Made by a program: the position numbers and the translations under genes
The notes under the pieces: model-generated
The model's input: the letters and a program-made list of their open reading frames with translations, nothing else
The model's database searches: none
Told to the model about the DNA's origin: nothing
Assembly: GCF_006345805.1 (NCBI RefSeq)
Contig: NC_042998.1
Coordinates: 20,770,001 to 20,834,000, forward strand
Source: Octopus sinensis
Lineage: Eukaryota
Direction of reading: 5' to 3'
Length of the DNA: 64,000 bases
Shown: positions 63,015 through 64,000 of the stretch, in pieces
Numbering within the stretch: the first letter of the stretch is position 1
Layout of the letters: each line of letters begins with the position of its first letter

Positions 63015-63844
63015 CCACCGCTTGACAGCCGGTATTGGTGTGTTTACGTCCCCGTAACGTAGCGGTCCGGCATACGCCTTGAGAGCTCCGTCCATGTTAG
63101 ATGCACGGTGCTAAGAGCACAAACATATATCGTTAGCAGACAAGAACTGTCTGGCATGGATGCTGGAACTGCTAAATCACGTGATTTTTGCATAAGAATT
63201 TATGCCTGTTCTCTTGACACAGAAGATCTCTCGGGGCGAACACCGCAGTACTCGGTGTTTTAATAACACATTCACCTACATTAAGTAGGATATACATATA
63301 TATTGCTTACGTCGTTAATATAGAATGTTCAAAAAGTCTCTCCGCAGTGAATTTTTTTTCATGCCGACTCTACAAGAAAAAAATCCTTTTGTTTCATAAT
63401 GAGGATATTAATTTATTTTATCGCATTTGTTTTATACTTTTTATATTTATAATTGTATTTTCCATGTAAATTCATTCAATAAACATTTCCAATTCAAAGA
63501 ATTTCCGATGTTCTTCCTTTCAAATGAAGGGGATAACGTCGGCGTAAATAAATATATTTTGAGATAATTGGGTTTAAAAAAGTTCCCCCGCCCCTGCTCT
63601 AAGGCTCTATTTAAATACGTCTGAAAATTGGCCCAACTCTCAACACTATACTCACAACATCCGTCTATCACATCAACAATGTGGACACGTGTTAACATGA
63701 TTATTTGATATATTGTACAGTCTATAATTAATGTGGTAGATCTTACATCAGTAGCATCGATCAAACACGTTTTCTCTTCCCGTTTTTTGATAGGAAAATC
63801 GAAAATATTTTAGAGTAAAAATAAGTGATTATCTTTTATCTTTT

Positions 63845-64000
63845 TTATCTTTTACTTGTTTCAGTCATTAGACTGCGGCTGTGCTGGAGCACCGCCTTTA
63901 ATCGAGCAACTCGACACCTGGACTTATTCTTTGTAAGCCCAGTACTTATTCTATCGGCCTCTTTTGCCGAACCGCTAGGTGACGGGGACGTAAACACACC
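63845..64000 (-). mobile_element. SINE family B 3' part, truncated by the window edge
   Basis: ttttacttgtttcagtcatt...gacgtaaacacacc. Confidence 0.8.

Noticed and set aside
63447-63764. 105-aa minus-strand ORF
   Set aside because: Starts at a non-ATG codon, has no splice or homology support, and has no recognisable domain.
47000-64000. Apparent rise in CpG content toward and beyond exon 1 (methylation boundary)
   Set aside because: Confounded by young CpG-rich repeats, and I cannot compute CpG observed/expected here. It needs repeat-masked counts or bisulfite data.

Overview
AT-rich, microsatellite- and repeat-dense eukaryotic genomic DNA. The SINE families resemble those I recall from Octopus genomes (inference, not a database result). 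The one well-supported protein gene is a minus-strand FHIP2/FAM160B-family gene (FHF complex HOOK-interacting protein 2). Nine coding exons (56025 down to 748, 1117 nt, about 372 codons) splice in frame through GT-AG introns, and the gene runs off the left edge. Intron 1 is about 31.9 kb. The rest is mostly mobile DNA: at least five tRNA-derived or (GAT)n-tailed SINE families, RTE and CR1/L2 LINE fragments, hAT, piggyBac, pogo/Tc1 and Helitron-type non-autonomous elements, foldback elements and several tandem arrays. Nearly all ORFs in the supplied track are spurious. The most interesting signals are: (1) a tRNA-headed SINE-like element ending in a minimal Penelope-type hammerhead ribozyme motif, present as a head-to-head pair, plus two relic hammerheads; (2) two independent head-to-tail SINE concatemers with an identical junction; (3) a 3.8-kb, 26-bp satellite grown from a SINE's internal repeat, with higher-order structure; (4) a CpG-rich island at 49.8 kb resembling a Pol III (vault-like) RNA gene or internal promoter; (5) a pri-miRNA-shaped intronic hairpin; (6) locally templated insertions. 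All coordinates were counted by hand; repeat boundaries are approximate.
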